Made by a program: the position numbers and the translations under genes
In this document: piece by piece, positions 1 to 17,900 of the stretch
Numbering within the stretch: position 1 is the stretch's first letter
Layout of the letters: each line of letters begins with the position of its first letter
Assembly: GCF_009914755.1 (NCBI RefSeq)
Contig: NC_060936.1
Length of the DNA: 64,000 nucleotides
From: the human T2T-CHM13v2.0 reference genome, Homo sapiens
Strand: one strand, 5' to 3'
Notes under the pieces: model-generated
Told to the model about the DNA's origin: nothing
The model's input: the letters and a program-made list of their open reading frames with translations, nothing else
The model's database searches: none

Positions 1-848
1 CCAATGTAATGAATGACAATGTATTAAAAATAAAGTTTTTCAAACTTTACGTCGATGAGATTACAGTAAATGTATTTTTCCACCTTGATAATTCCTCTCA
101 CATCTGTGAGTATTATTATCTATGTAGCTCAAATTTGTTCATTTTCTTTGTTGTATTATTCTGTTGTAAACATGTCAGTCTTGTTTGTTAATTTTGATCA
201 CTGTACAGTATTCCACTGTATAAGTATGCCACAATTTCTTTATCCATTTGGAGGACTGAGACATTTGGAGGACTTCTCAACTTTAGCTATTGAAACTCAG
301 TGATATGCATGTGTATGTATATGTATTCTGATAAGAGTGTAAATACTTGATCTTAGGATATGATCCTTCACCTTAATGAGATAATGCCATACTCAGCCGA
401 AATGATGGCACAGATTTATAATTCTAGGAGTAGTGTATGAAAATTCCCATTGTGTCATATCCTTTCCAAAATAAATAATGTTGGGCTAATATATACATTT
501 TTGTATTTATATAAAATATTATTAAACAATATTTTCCAAGTCCTTTTCTATTCTTATTCAGAATGTATGTTTACTTCAATGAATTACATTAATCTTTTTC
601 ATTCTATGACTATTTCATATACACTTATTAATAATGCCTTATATATTATACATATTTATTTATATTTCATTATAAATTGTCTAACCTTTTTCTTCAAATT
701 TCAAATACTCTTGTTATAAGTAACTGTAATTATACTGGAGATACTTCCTTTAATCAATCATTGTGTCAGATGACTTTGAAAAAATATAATTAGTTAACAG
801 CATACAGTAAGGGAAATTTCAGGATTGTTTAACAACTCTTAAAAGGAC

Positions 849-962
849 TCAAAGAAAAAAAGTTGAAAAATAAAAAGAGTCTATAAGTTTAATGTAGGTG
901 TCCATGGGAAAATATAAATATATTATTGTTGAAGAAAAAATGATTGGTAGTAAATTTATCAT
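849..962 (-). pseudogene. Ghost TAS2R stub 1: ATG plus TM1 start fused to 3' flank (37-codon sORF)
   Basis: cagacATG context as in TAS2R30. Translates MINLLPIIFSSTIIYLYFPMDTYIKLIDSFYFSTFFL*, compared with TAS2R30 [15 protein letters not shown]. Confidence 0.75.
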
Positions 963-1870
963 GTCTGAATTTTTTTAAAGGCAAGCCTGATATCACTGGT
1001 CAAGATTTCCTTTAAGGTCTTGACCTTAACATCTATGTGTACCTGATTCCTGAATTTGCAGGAATGTTCTTGTTCCTTTTTAAATTCTGTGACCAATGTC
1101 AAACAGGAAAGCATCTCAATATGCCAGTGGATGAAATCAATGCTGTCTTTATGGAAAACATGATGATTTCCAAAACAGCTCAAATTAACTCCTATTCAAA
1201 CACAATGTCCTTGCTGTAAGATAAAATTTTCCATATTGGTGTTGAAGTGAAAAGTGATTTCTCATCTACTAGCATGCCAATGAAGAGTTTTTTAATTGTT
1301 CTGCACTTATTTCTTTGTTTAACCTCTCCACAATTTGTGTTCAGCAACTTCAGTTGTTAGAGAAATTTTACAACCTAATACAGAGATGACACACTGGTTG
1401 TATAACCTGGTAAAGGGAGCTTGGACATAACTAGGATCATCACCAAAGTAAATTTAATTTTTCAACGTGAGTAATATGTAGAGTGAATCCAAACTTTTCC
1501 TAGCAAAAGGATTCAAGTTTTTCTTGGGAATCTCAGAAAGGCCAATAATTCTTAAAACCCGGTTGCTACTAATACTTTTGAATAACTTATTCTTAAGAAG
1601 CTCATTAATACAAACACACTCAAACCCATACACACATACTCACTCACTCATGGATAGAAGAAATTGTTGTCCTATAATTTCCAAAATGGAAAATTAATTT
1701 CAGGGACATCATCCAGGTAAAAATAGCCCTATTTTCCCATTTGGGCTTTTCAACCCATTTTCAATATTTTTCAAACTTATCTCTCATGCTGAGACCTTTG
1801 ACTAAGTTTTTCTCTTGAGTTTACTTAATTGTTAAATATTAATTTTTTAGTTAAAATACTCAGCAATTGT
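963..1870 (-). promoter_or_regulatory. Paralogue of the TAS2R30 upstream region (ghost 1)
   Basis: Shares blocks with 29640-30530, e.g. tgaccttaa, ctttatggaaaacat, caaattaact, ggttgct.ctaatacttttg and cctattttccca. Confidence 0.6.
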
Positions 1871-2390
1871 GTAACTATTGTGGGCTACTTAAAAAACACG
1901 TTTTCCATTGAAGAGTCTAGATCTTCATATATGAATATTTGGTTTTATTTTTCTCTATTTAATTTATTTTTGATTACTTAATTTATTTTTGATTACTTAA
2001 TGGTTTAAGAGGAATCGATGTTAAAATCAGTCTCCAATCTTGGATTTTATTTCTTTTCCATTTTTACAGTATAATTGTTTCTAACAGAAGATTGTGGAGT
2101 CAGACTGCCAAGACAGGAAAGCAGATTTTCTGCTTCAAATATGGTCTGAGACTTCATTTGACAACTACTCTCTGCCTTGGTATAATCATCTGTAAAATGC
2201 AAATGATAATAATATTCTCTTCAGGTAGTCTTTATGAGGAGTTAGTATACTAGTTGTATAACTGCTTTCAATTTTATCTGTCTAGTACAGGCAGGAACCA
2301 AGAATTATTAATTTTTTGTATGATCGTGTGTTACTTGATACATAAAAGATAACCAGTGAGACCTTCTTTTTTGGGGTAGGGGAGCGAGAA

Positions 2391-2661
2391 AGACAGGGTC
2401 TTACTCGTCACCCAGGCTGGAGTGCAATGGCTTGATCACAGCTCACTCCAGTCTCAAACATTTGTGTCCTCCCACCTCAGCTTCTGGAGTAGCTGTGTCT
2501 ACAGGCATGCATCACAACACCCAGCTAATTTATTAATTTTTTTGTTGAGACAGAGTCTCCCTATGTTGCCCAGTCTGGTCTTCAACTCCTGTTCTCAAGT
2601 GGTCCCCTCATCTTGGCCTCCCAAAGTGCTTGGATACAGGTGTGAACAACCACACGTGGCT
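2391..2661 (-). mobile_element. AluJ (shared by the duplicated units)
   Basis: gacagggtct...ccaaagtgct, with a gagaacttcc-like TSD. Homologous copies at 24289 and 37120. Confidence 0.85.
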
Positions 2662-2829
2662 GAGAACTTCCATTTTTGGGCAGAATGCACAAGGTTCAGA
2701 AAAGCATGATACCTTCTGCTACAATTAAGATAAGAGAAATAAAAGGCCAAAATTATATTTTCAATTTGTCACAGAGTTGTACAAGCAAGAATGACCAGCT
2801 GAACTGAAATCCAGCACAGGGAGAGTCTT

Positions 2830-3150
2830 TATAGATTGCAGTTATATATTCAGTGCAATCCCTATCAAATCCCAGCAGATGTTTTATCACAGAAAGTGGA
2901 AAACTACTCCTAAAATGTGTCTGGAAATGCCAAGTGACAAGATCACAAAAAGAAATTGTTAAAAAATAACAAATTTGGAGGATTACACTTTCTGATTTCA
3001 AAGCTTCCTTCAAAGCTGCACGAATCAGGATTCTATGGTACTCGCATTAGGGTAGACAAAAAGAACAATGAAACACAACTGAGAGTCCAGAAATTAACAC
3101 CAACATTCATGGTCAATTGATTTCAAAAAAGGGACTACTGCAATTTGATA
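2830..3150 (+). mobile_element. Old L1M ORF2 fragment (paralogue at ~37595-37920)
   Basis: ttcagtgcaatccctatcaaatcccagc...ggaggattacactttctgatttcaaag...gagagtccagaaat. Confidence 0.7.
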
Positions 3151-3179
3151 GGAATTAATGGTTTTTCTCAACAAACAAT

Positions 3180-3720
3180 GCTGGGTAAAATTGAAGAAGA
3201 CTACCTCAAAGAATTTAATAATCAATTTCCCTAAGCTCAAGGATAAAGAAAGGATTCTGAAAGCAGCAAAAGAAAAGGAACAAATAATGTACAATGGAGC
3301 TCCACTACATGTGGCAGCAGACTTTTCAGTGGAAAAAGGCCAGGAGAGAGTGGTATGACATATTAAAAGTGCAGAGAGTGGTATGACATATTAAAAGTGC
3401 TGAAGAAAGAAAACTTTCAGCCTAGAATAGTGTAACTGGAGAAAATATCCTTCAAACGTGAAAGAGAAATAAAGACTTTTCCAGACCAACAAAAGCTGAG
3501 TGATTTCATCAGCACCAGATCTCTCCTAGAAAAATTTCAAACGGATTACTTCAGTCAGAAAGAAAAGGACATTAATGGGCAATAAGTAATCACTTGAAGC
3601 TATAAAACGTACGGGTAATAGTAAGGAGACAGAAAACACAGACTAATATAACACTGTAAATGTGGTGCATAAACATCACTTAAATAGAAAAACTAAATGA
3701 TGAAGTAATAATGAAAAAAA
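3180..3720 (+). mobile_element. L1M(A) ORF1 3' fragment (host of the L1PA)
   Basis: Translates DKERILKAAKEKEQI, an L1 ORF1 motif. Contiguous with 10024 onward in the paralogue at 37935-38460. Confidence 0.8.
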
Positions 3721-3724
3721 ATAG

Positions 3725-6700
3725 TGGAGTGGCTGGCAAAATGTCCTAATAGGAACAGCTCCAGTCTGCAAATCCCAGCAAGATCAACACAAAAGGTGGG
3801 TGATTTCTGCATTTCCAACTGAGTTACATGGCTCATCTCATTGGGACTGGTTAGACAGCAGGTGAAGCCCACGGAGGACGAGCCAAAGGAGGGTGTGGTG
3901 TTGCCTCACCCGGGAAGTGCAAGGGGTCGGGGAACTCCCTCTCCTAGCCAAGGGAAGCTGTAAGGGACCATGCAGTGAGGGACGATGTATTCTGGCCCAG
4001 ATACTACACTTTCCCCATGGTCTTCGTAACCCACAAACCAGGAGATTTCCTCCAGTGTTTATGCCACCAGGGCCATGGGTCTCAAGCATAAAACTGGGCG
4101 ATCATTTGGGCAGACACCAAGCTAGCTGCAGAAGTTTTTTGTCATACCCCAGTGGTGCCTGGAATGCCAGCAAGACAGAACCATTCAGTCCCCTGGAAAG
4201 GGGGCTGAAGCCAGGAAGCCAAGTTGTCTAGCTCAGTGGATCCCACCTCCTTGGAGCCCAGCAAGCTAAGATCCACTGGTTTGACATTCTCACTGCTAGT
4301 TTAGCAGTCTGAAGTCAACCTGGGATGCTTGAGCTTAGTCAAGGGAAGGACGTCCGCCATTACTGGGGCTTGAGTAGGCAATTTTCCCCTTACGGTGTAA
4401 ACAAAGCCACCAGGAAGTTCAAACTGGGTGGAGCCCACAGCAGCTCTGCACAACCACTGTAGCCAAACTGCCTCTCTAGACTCTTCCTCTCTGGTCAGGG
4501 CATCTCTGAAAGAAAGGCAGCAGCTCCAGTCAGGGGCTTATAGATAAAACTCTCATCTCCCTGGGACAGAGCACCTGGGAGAAGGGGCAGCTGTGGGAGC
4601 AGCATCAGCAGACATAAACTTTCCTGCCTGACACTCTGAAAAGAGCAGCAGATCTCCCAGCACAGCACTTGAGCTCTGCTAAAGGACAGAGTGCCTCCTT
4701 AAGTGGGTCCCTGACCTCTGTGCCTCCTGACTGGGAGACATCTCCCAGCAATGGTGGACAGAAACCTCATACAGGAAAGCTCTGCCTGACATCTGGCGGG
4801 TAACCCTCTGGGATGAAGCTTCCAGAGGAAGGAACAGGCAGCAATATCTGCTGTTTTGCAGCCTCCACTGGTGATACCCAGGCAAACAAGGTCTGGAGTG
4901 GACCTCCAGCAAACTACAGCAGACTTGCAGCAGAGGACCCTGACTGTTAGAAGGAAAATCAACAAACAAAAAGGAATAGCATCAACATCAACAAAAAGGA
5001 TGTACACACAGAGACCCCATCTGAAGGTCACCAACATCAAAGACCAAAGGTAGAAAAATCCATGATGATGAGGAAAAACCAGGGCAAAAAAGGCTGAAAA
5101 TTCCAAAAACCGGAAGCCTCTTCTCTTCCAAAGGATCACAACTCCTCACCAGCAAGGGAACAAAACTGGACAGAGAATGAGTTTGATGAATTGACACAAG
5201 TAGGCTTCAGAAGGTGGGTAATAAACTCAACTGAGATAAAGAAGCATGGTCTAACCCAATGCAAGGGAGCCAAGAACCTTGAAAAAAGGTTAGAGCAATT
5301 GCTACCTGGAATAACCAGTTTAGAAAAGAACATAAATGACCTGATGGAGCTGAAAAGCACAGCATGAGAACTTTGTGAAGCATACACAAATATCAATAGG
5401 TGAACCAATCAAGCGGAAGAAAGGATATCAGACATTGAAGATCAATTTAATGAAATAATGCATGAAGATGAGATTAGAGAAAAAACAATGAAAAGGAACA
5501 AACAAAGCCTCAAGAAATATTGGACTATGTGAAAAGACCAAACCTATGATTCACTGGTGTACCTGAAAGAGATGGGGATAATGGAACAAAGTTGGAAAAC
5601 ACTCTTCAGGATATTATCCAGGAGAACTTACCCAACTTAGCAAGACTGGCCAACATTCAAATTCAGGGAATACAGAGAACACCACAAAGATACTCCTTGA
5701 GAAGAGCACCCAAAAACACTTAATAGTCAGATTCACCAAGGTTGAAATGAAGGAAAAAATGTTAAGAACAGCCAGACAGAAAGGCTGAGTCACCAAAAAG
5801 AGAAGCCCATCAGACTAACAGCAGATCTCCTGGCAGAAACCCTACAAGCCAGAAGAGAGTGGGGACATTCTTCGAGAAAAGGATTTTCAACCCAGAATTT
5901 CATAGCAAGCCAAAAAGCTTCATAGTTGAAGGAGAAATAAAATCCTTACAGACAAGCAAATGCTAAGAGATTTTGTTACCACCAGGCCTGCCTCACAAGA
6001 GCTTCTGAAGCAAGCACTAAATGTGGAAAGGAAAAACCAGTACCAGCCACTTCAGAAAAACACCAAATTGTAAAGACCACTGGCACTATGAAGAAACTAC
6101 ATCAACTAATGAAGCAAAATAACCAGCTAGCATCATAATTATAGGAAAAAAATCACACATAACAATATTAACCTTAAATGTAAATGGGAAAAATACCCCA
6201 ATTAAAAGGCACAGACCAGCAAATTGAATAGAGTCAAGACCCATTGTTGTGCTGTATTCAGGAAACCCATCTCATGTGCAAAGACACAAATAGTCTCAAC
6301 ATAAAGGGATGGAGGAATATTTACCACACAAATGGAAAGCAAAAGAAAGCAGGGGTGGCAATCCTAGACTCTGATAAAACAGACTTTAAACCAACAAAGG
6401 TCAAAAAAGACAAAGAGGAGAATTACATAATGGTAAAGGAATCAACGCAACAAGAAGAGCTAACTATCCTAAATATATGTGCACCCAATACAGGGGCACC
6501 CAGATGCATAAAGCAAGTTCTTAGAGACCTACAAAGAGACTTAGACTCCCACACAATAATAGTGAGAGACTTTAACACCCCACAGTCAATATTAGACAGA
6601 TCAATGAGACAGAAAATTAACAAGGATATTAGGACTTGAACTCAGCTCTGGACCAAGCTGACCTAATAGACATCTACAGAACTCTCCACCTCAAATCAAC

Positions 6701-9700
6701 AGAATACACATTCTTCTCAGCACCACATCACACTAATTCTAAAACTGACCACATAAGTGGAAGTGAAACACTCCTCAGCAAATGCAAAACAAAATAAATC
6801 ATAACAAACAGTCTCTCATACCACAGTGCAATCAAATTAGAACTCAGGATTCAGAAACTCACTCAGAACTGCACAACTACATGGAAACTGAACAACTTGC
6901 TCTTGAATGACTACTGAGTAAATAACGATATTAAGACAGAAATAAATAAGTTCTTTGAAACCAATGAGAACAAAGACAAAATGTACCAGAATCTCTGGGA
7001 CACAGCTAAAGCAGTGTTTAGAGGGAAATTTATAGCACTAAATGCCCACAGGAGAAAGTGGGAAAGATCTAAAGTTGACACCCTAGCATCACAATTAAAA
7101 GAACTGGAGAAGCAAGAGCAAACAAATTTAAAAGCTAGCAGAAGACAAGAGATAACTAAGGTCAGAGCACAACTGAAGGAGATAGAAACACCTAAAACCC
7201 TTCAGAAAATCAATGAATCCAGGAGCTGGTTTTTTGAAAAGTTCAACAAAATAGAAAGACAGCTAGCCAGACTAGTAAAGAAGAAAAGAGAGAATAATCC
7301 AATAGACACAATAAAAAAATAATAAAGGAGATATTACCACTGACTTCAGAGAAATACAAACTATCATCAGAGAATACTATAAACACCTCTATGCAAATAC
7401 GCTAGAAAATTTAGAAGAAATGGATAAAATACTGGACACATACAACATCCCAAGTCTAAACCAGGAAGAAGTCAAATCCCTGAATAGACCAATAACAAGT
7501 TCTGAAACTGAGACAGTAATTAATAGCCTAGCAACCAAAAAAAGTCCAGGAACAGACATACTCACAACCAAATTCTACCAGAGGTACAAAGAGGAGATGG
7601 TACCATTCTTTCTGAAACTATTCAAAACACTGGAAAAAGAGGGACTACTCCTTAACTCATTTTATGAGGCCAGCATCATCCTGATTCCAAAACCTGATAG
7701 AGACACAGCAAAAAGAGAAAATTTTAGGCCAATATCCTTGATAAACATCGATGCGAAAATCCTCAATAAAATACTGGCAAGCCAAATCCAGCAGCATATA
7801 AAAAGGCTTATCCACCAAGATCAAGTCGTCTTCAACCCTGGGATGCAAGGCTGGTTCAACATATGCAAATCAATAAACATAATCCATCACATAAACAGAA
7901 CCAATGACAAAAACCACATGATTATCTCAACAGATGCAGAAAAGGCCTTTGATAAAATTCAACATGCCTTCATGCTAAAAACACTCAAGAAACTAGGTAC
8001 TGATGGAATGTATCTCAAAATATTAAGTGCTATTTATGACAAACCCACAGCCAATATACTGAATGGGCAAAAACGGGAAGCATTCCCTTTGAAAATCGGC
8101 ACAAAACAAGGATGCCATCTCTCACCACTCCTGTTCAACATAGTATTGGAAATTCTGGCCAGGACAATCAGGAAGAGAAAGAAATAAAGGGTATTCAAAT
8201 AGAAAGAAAGGAAGTCAAACTGTCTCTGTTTGCAGATGACAGGATTGTATATTTAGAAAAACCCATCATCTCAGCCCCAAATCTCCTTAAGCTGATAAGC
8301 AATTTCAGCAGTCTCAGGATAAAAAATCAACATGCAAAATTCACAAGCATTCCTATACACCAATAACAGACAAACAGAGAGCCAAATCATGAGTGAACTC
8401 CATTTCACAATTGCTACAAAGAGAATAAAATACCTAGGAATACAGCTAAGAAGAGATGTGAAAGATCTCTTCAAGGAGAACAACAAACCACTTCTCAAGG
8501 AAATAAGAGAGGACACAAACACATGGAAAAACATTTCATACCATTGACTTTCTTCAAAGAATTGGAAAACACTACTTAGAAATTCACATGGAACCAAAAA
8601 AGAGCCCGTGTAGTCAAGACAATCCTAAGCAAAAAGAACAAAGCAGGAGGCATCACACTACCTGGCTTCAAAGTATACTACAAGTCTACAGTAACCAAAA
8701 CAGCATGGTACTGGTACCAAAACAGATATATAGACCAATGGAACAGAACAGAGGCCTCAGAAATAATGCCACACATCTACAACCATCTGATTTTGACAAA
8801 CCTGACAAAAAACAAGCAGTGAGGGAATGGATTCCCTATTTGATAAATGGTGTTGGGCAAACTGGCTAGCCTTAGGCAGAAAACTGAAACTGGACCCCTT
8901 CCTTACACATTATACAAAAATTAATTCAGGGTGGATTAAAAACTTAAATGTAATATCCAAAACCATAAAAACCCTAGAAGAAAAGCTAGGCAATACCATT
9001 CAGGACATAGGCATGAGCAAAGACTTCATGACTGAAACACCAAAAGCAATTGCAACAAAAGACAAAATGTACAAATGGAATCTAATTAAACTAAAGAGCT
9101 TCTGTACAGCAAAAGAAACTATCATCAGAGTGACAGGCAACCTACAGAATGGGAGAAAATTTTTGCAATCTATTAAACAAACAACCCCATCAAAAAGTGG
9201 GTGGAGGATATGAGCAGACACTTCTCAAAAGAAGACATTTATGTGCCCAAGAAAATATGGGAAAGAAAGAAGCTCATCATCACTGCTCATTAGAGAAATG
9301 CAAATCAAAACCACAATGAGATACCATCTCATGACAGAATGGTGATCATTAAAAAGTCAGGAAACAACAGATGCTGGAGAGTAGGTGGAGAAATAGGAAT
9401 GCTTTTACACTCTTGGTGGGAGTGCAAATTAGTTCAACCATTGGGGAAAACAGTGTGGTGATTCCTCAAGGATCTAGAACCAGAAATACCATTTGATCCA
9501 GCAATCCCATTACTGGGTACATACCCAAAGGATTATAAATTATTCTACTATAAAGACACATGCACATGTATGTTTATTGCAGCATTGTTCACAAGAGCAA
9601 AGACCTGGGACCAACCCAAATGCCCATCAAATATAGACTGTATAAAGAAAATGTGGCACATATGTACCATGGAATACTATGCAGCCATAAAAAAGGATGA

Positions 9701-10023
9701 GTTCATGTCCTTTGCAGGGACCTGGATGAAGCTGGAAACCATCATTCTCAGCAAACTAACACAGGAACAGAAAACCAAACACCACATTATCACTCATAAT
9801 TGGGAGCTAAACAATGAGAACACATGGACACAGGGAGGACACAGGGAACGTCACACAACTGGGCCTTTTAGGGTGAGGGGGGCTAGGGATAGCATTAGGA
9901 GAAATATCTAATGTAGATGATGGGTTGATGGGTGCAGCAAACCACCATGGCACATGTACACCGATGTAACAAACCTGCACGTTCTGCACATGTATCCCAG
10001 AAGTTAAAGTATAATTAAAAAAA
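3725..10023 (+). mobile_element. Full-length dead L1PA (L1PA7/8-like), nested in an older L1MA
   Basis: 5'UTR start ggagtggctggcaa...taataggaacagctcc. Fragmented ORF1 and ORF2 (EN fragment 6244-6639, RT region 7420-8366, C-terminal fragments to 9911). 3' end cacatgtatcccagaagttaaagtataat. Imperfect A-rich TSD ending aatag. Confidence 0.9.
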
Positions 10024-14940
<4,917 letters not shown>

Positions 14941-17900
14941 GAAATTCCTAAACTTCCCATACCTGTTTACTGATAAGGTAAACTAATATGCCCACATAAT
15001 GTTAAAATACCAAAAAATGTAAAATTATGTTTTCAAACAAACTGAATACAAATTATGAAAAATTCCACATATTGACAGTAATTATTTTCTGTAGCCTATT
15101 GTCTTAAATTTAATTTCCAAGATTCCTAGTTCAAGACCTTAGACTAATATTAGATTCAGTGACTTCATGAAAATCTTTGGATAATTACTAGTTAAGATGG
15201 AATACTGAAATGTGGTCACCAATCACGGGTTATATAAATAAATAACTAAATGTAACTTTTATATTTTATGGACTGGCTATTTGTTTGGATTACATTAACA
15301 AACATGGGAGTTTTGTATGCCAATTCAAGCAAGTGTAAAAAGGATATATATGACTATAGAAAGTTGTAATATATGTGCTTGAGAATTTTGCACATCTGCC
15401 AAAATACTTATTTTTAATAGTCCTCAATTACATAACTTCCAGTTTCCTCTTTGAAAGAGAATTACTTTGATTAATGTAATGAATAAAAGTAGGAGTTAGA
15501 ACCATGGTAGAAACAAGAATGGACAAGGAATATGACTGTTATGAAAGGTAATGGAATGTAGTTTGGGTTTTCAAGAAAAGAGTATCTTTGCCTAAAGTAA
15601 TGTGTTTTGTTGCTATTTCTGTCCTCACTGTGCTTGATGATAACTGAAATCAATTTTATTATTTTAGCTGGGCTTCATGAAGTCTGCCTATACATGTGTG
15701 GTGTAGGGACCAGACAAAGCTTTGGATAGTCTATAGTCAGAAGCTGGGGCTCCCCTTTTCTGGACTTCTCCTTTCTCAGATTTTCTCCTGACCTCCTGCG
15801 GCTCATGTTACCCTAAACTCAGTCCTCTGTTACTTCAACCCAGTAACTCTACAGCTTTTTTACTGACGTTTTAGTCCTCTGCCTGGTGCACACTAGGGCC
15901 AGCTATAAAATCAGGAAACTCACTCCTTGCTATTTCCTTCTTCCAAGTGTCAACTGCTTTTCAGTATCGGCCTATTTTGTTCATTCTCCATTGCCTTCAG
16001 ATGGCTGTTTTTTTTTTAAATATTTTATCCAGAATTTATAGAAAGTATCTGTGGGAGGTTTGGTCCTATGGGTGTTATTTGATCATTAGTGTAAGCAAAA
16101 AATGTTGTGTATATATTTTTACTGCTTATCATGTTTTCCTTTTTCTTTGGCCCACTATTTCATGTAGAATAGATTGACAGTCATTAGTTTTACAGCTTAG
16201 TCCACAGATTCTGAATTACAGAGAACGGCTCATGATGGAATGGAGGGGAATATTGGCAACGTCCAGAGATCATACATTTTTATCAGGATGAAATTGGAAA
16301 AGGGAGCACATTTCTAAATCATCAAGATTGGTGGTTTGAAAACATATCCAAGTGCTTCGACATACCTCATATGAACAGATGCAGTCTTATTCCCCTTCTC
16401 TTCAAAACAGGCCTTCATGATGTGTTTTAGTAAATTGTATGTCTCAGAACTGACACAGAAGAAGTTACAAGGTTTATAAAGCTGGCACCTTCTTGTCACA
16501 TGTGCCCTTGGCACCTAGAGCCAAATGCTGGAGAAACTACGTAGAGAAACAAAATAAAAATAGAGATGCCTGAGGATCCTCAGCTCACTGCCCACCCCCA
16601 ATAAAACATATCATTAATACGTTTCCTATCATCAATATATTGATTAGACAGATAATTTGTAATATTTGCAGAATGTTTCATTCAGTTATGATCCATAGTT
16701 TCTATACCCTCTTTACATTGAGTTTTTTTTAAGAGAAGGAATATTTGAATTTTTTTGAGGAATATTAGGAATGGGAGACAAAGGAGATAATTGGAAATTC
16801 AGGGGCTCAGAGGTGGCTAAGCAAATTAAATGGAAATACTTGACATCAGATGTCAACTTCAAAAAAGGCTTTCTTTAATTAAAAAGTGGAAGAAATCTCT
16901 TTTCTAACTACACATAAAAAATTATAACAGCACTGAAATGATCATGATTATGTTTCTTCATTCCTATTATACAAACGAATTTTTTTTCTAAGCTATTCAC
17001 ATACTGGTATAAATCTAGTATTCTTTAGTACTGTTTTTGGTATATATATACAAAATTTACTCTACATATGTTTGTCACTCAAATTTAATTGTGTGCATCA
17101 TTATCTAACAACAACATAAAATAAGAATTCATAATGAAATAAAACCTACCCCAAAGATACATTCTCCTCATTGATTTAGAGTTGAATGTCTTTACCATCC
17201 AAAAAATTAGATGTTCAAACAATGATAGTTAAGTTCATACATGTGGTACAAATTACAATGGAAAACAGCAATAATTTGCTGATAAAAGCTATATGTTCTT
17301 AATTATAAATAGAGATAATTCTTCAAATGAAATATCATACAATAAACTATCATATAATAAACATACATATATATGTGAAATGTACTCGGCTTCATAATTT
17401 ATGGTCAGTGTTGTTATTCATACACATGCACACATATACACACATATATATATGCGTGTGCACTCCTGTAACTTGCTTCAATGAACAGGAAATTAGTAGA
17501 CTTTACACAGAGATTTAAGATGGCTTCCACATTGGAGTTTCTTGCTCTTTTCCATTTACCATGAGGACATCATCTGGCTATTACACTGTTCCCAGAAGAA
17601 GAATGAGAAACTAATGGAGTCAGAATGCTACTGCCTGATCTAGCCTAAATCATCCAAACTCTATCTTCAAGATGCAGTACGTGGCCCATCTCCAATCACC
17701 ACAGCCATCCATCAAACCCAGCTTAGAAAAATGAAATCCAAAGACATATGAGATACAAATATCTAATGTAGTTTTGGAGGATTTTCTCTTGCAGAAAAAC
17801 ATAAGTGACATAGGTATTCTGCTAAACCAAAAGTGTGGGAAATATGTCCACACTTGTTGTGTCAGGAATTCAGGATACAAGGGAAAAATAGTTGGAGAAT

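Larger units (their letters stand above)
1..3720. repeat. Segmental duplication, paralogous to ~34751-38440 (continues at 10024-10820 vs 38440-39170)
   Basis: Collinear, high similarity from ccaatgtaa...gtattaaaaa through the ghost stub, AluJ and L1M pieces. Interrupted only by the L1PA insertion. Confidence 0.9.

Noticed and set aside
959-1219. 60-74 aa ORFs overlapping the ghost promoter
   Set aside because: Not preserved as equivalent ORFs in the paralogous copies; chance ORFs.
6244-9911. Multiple ORFs with endonuclease/RT similarity
   Set aside because: Frameshifted L1 ORF2 fragments, not host genes or a new retroelement.
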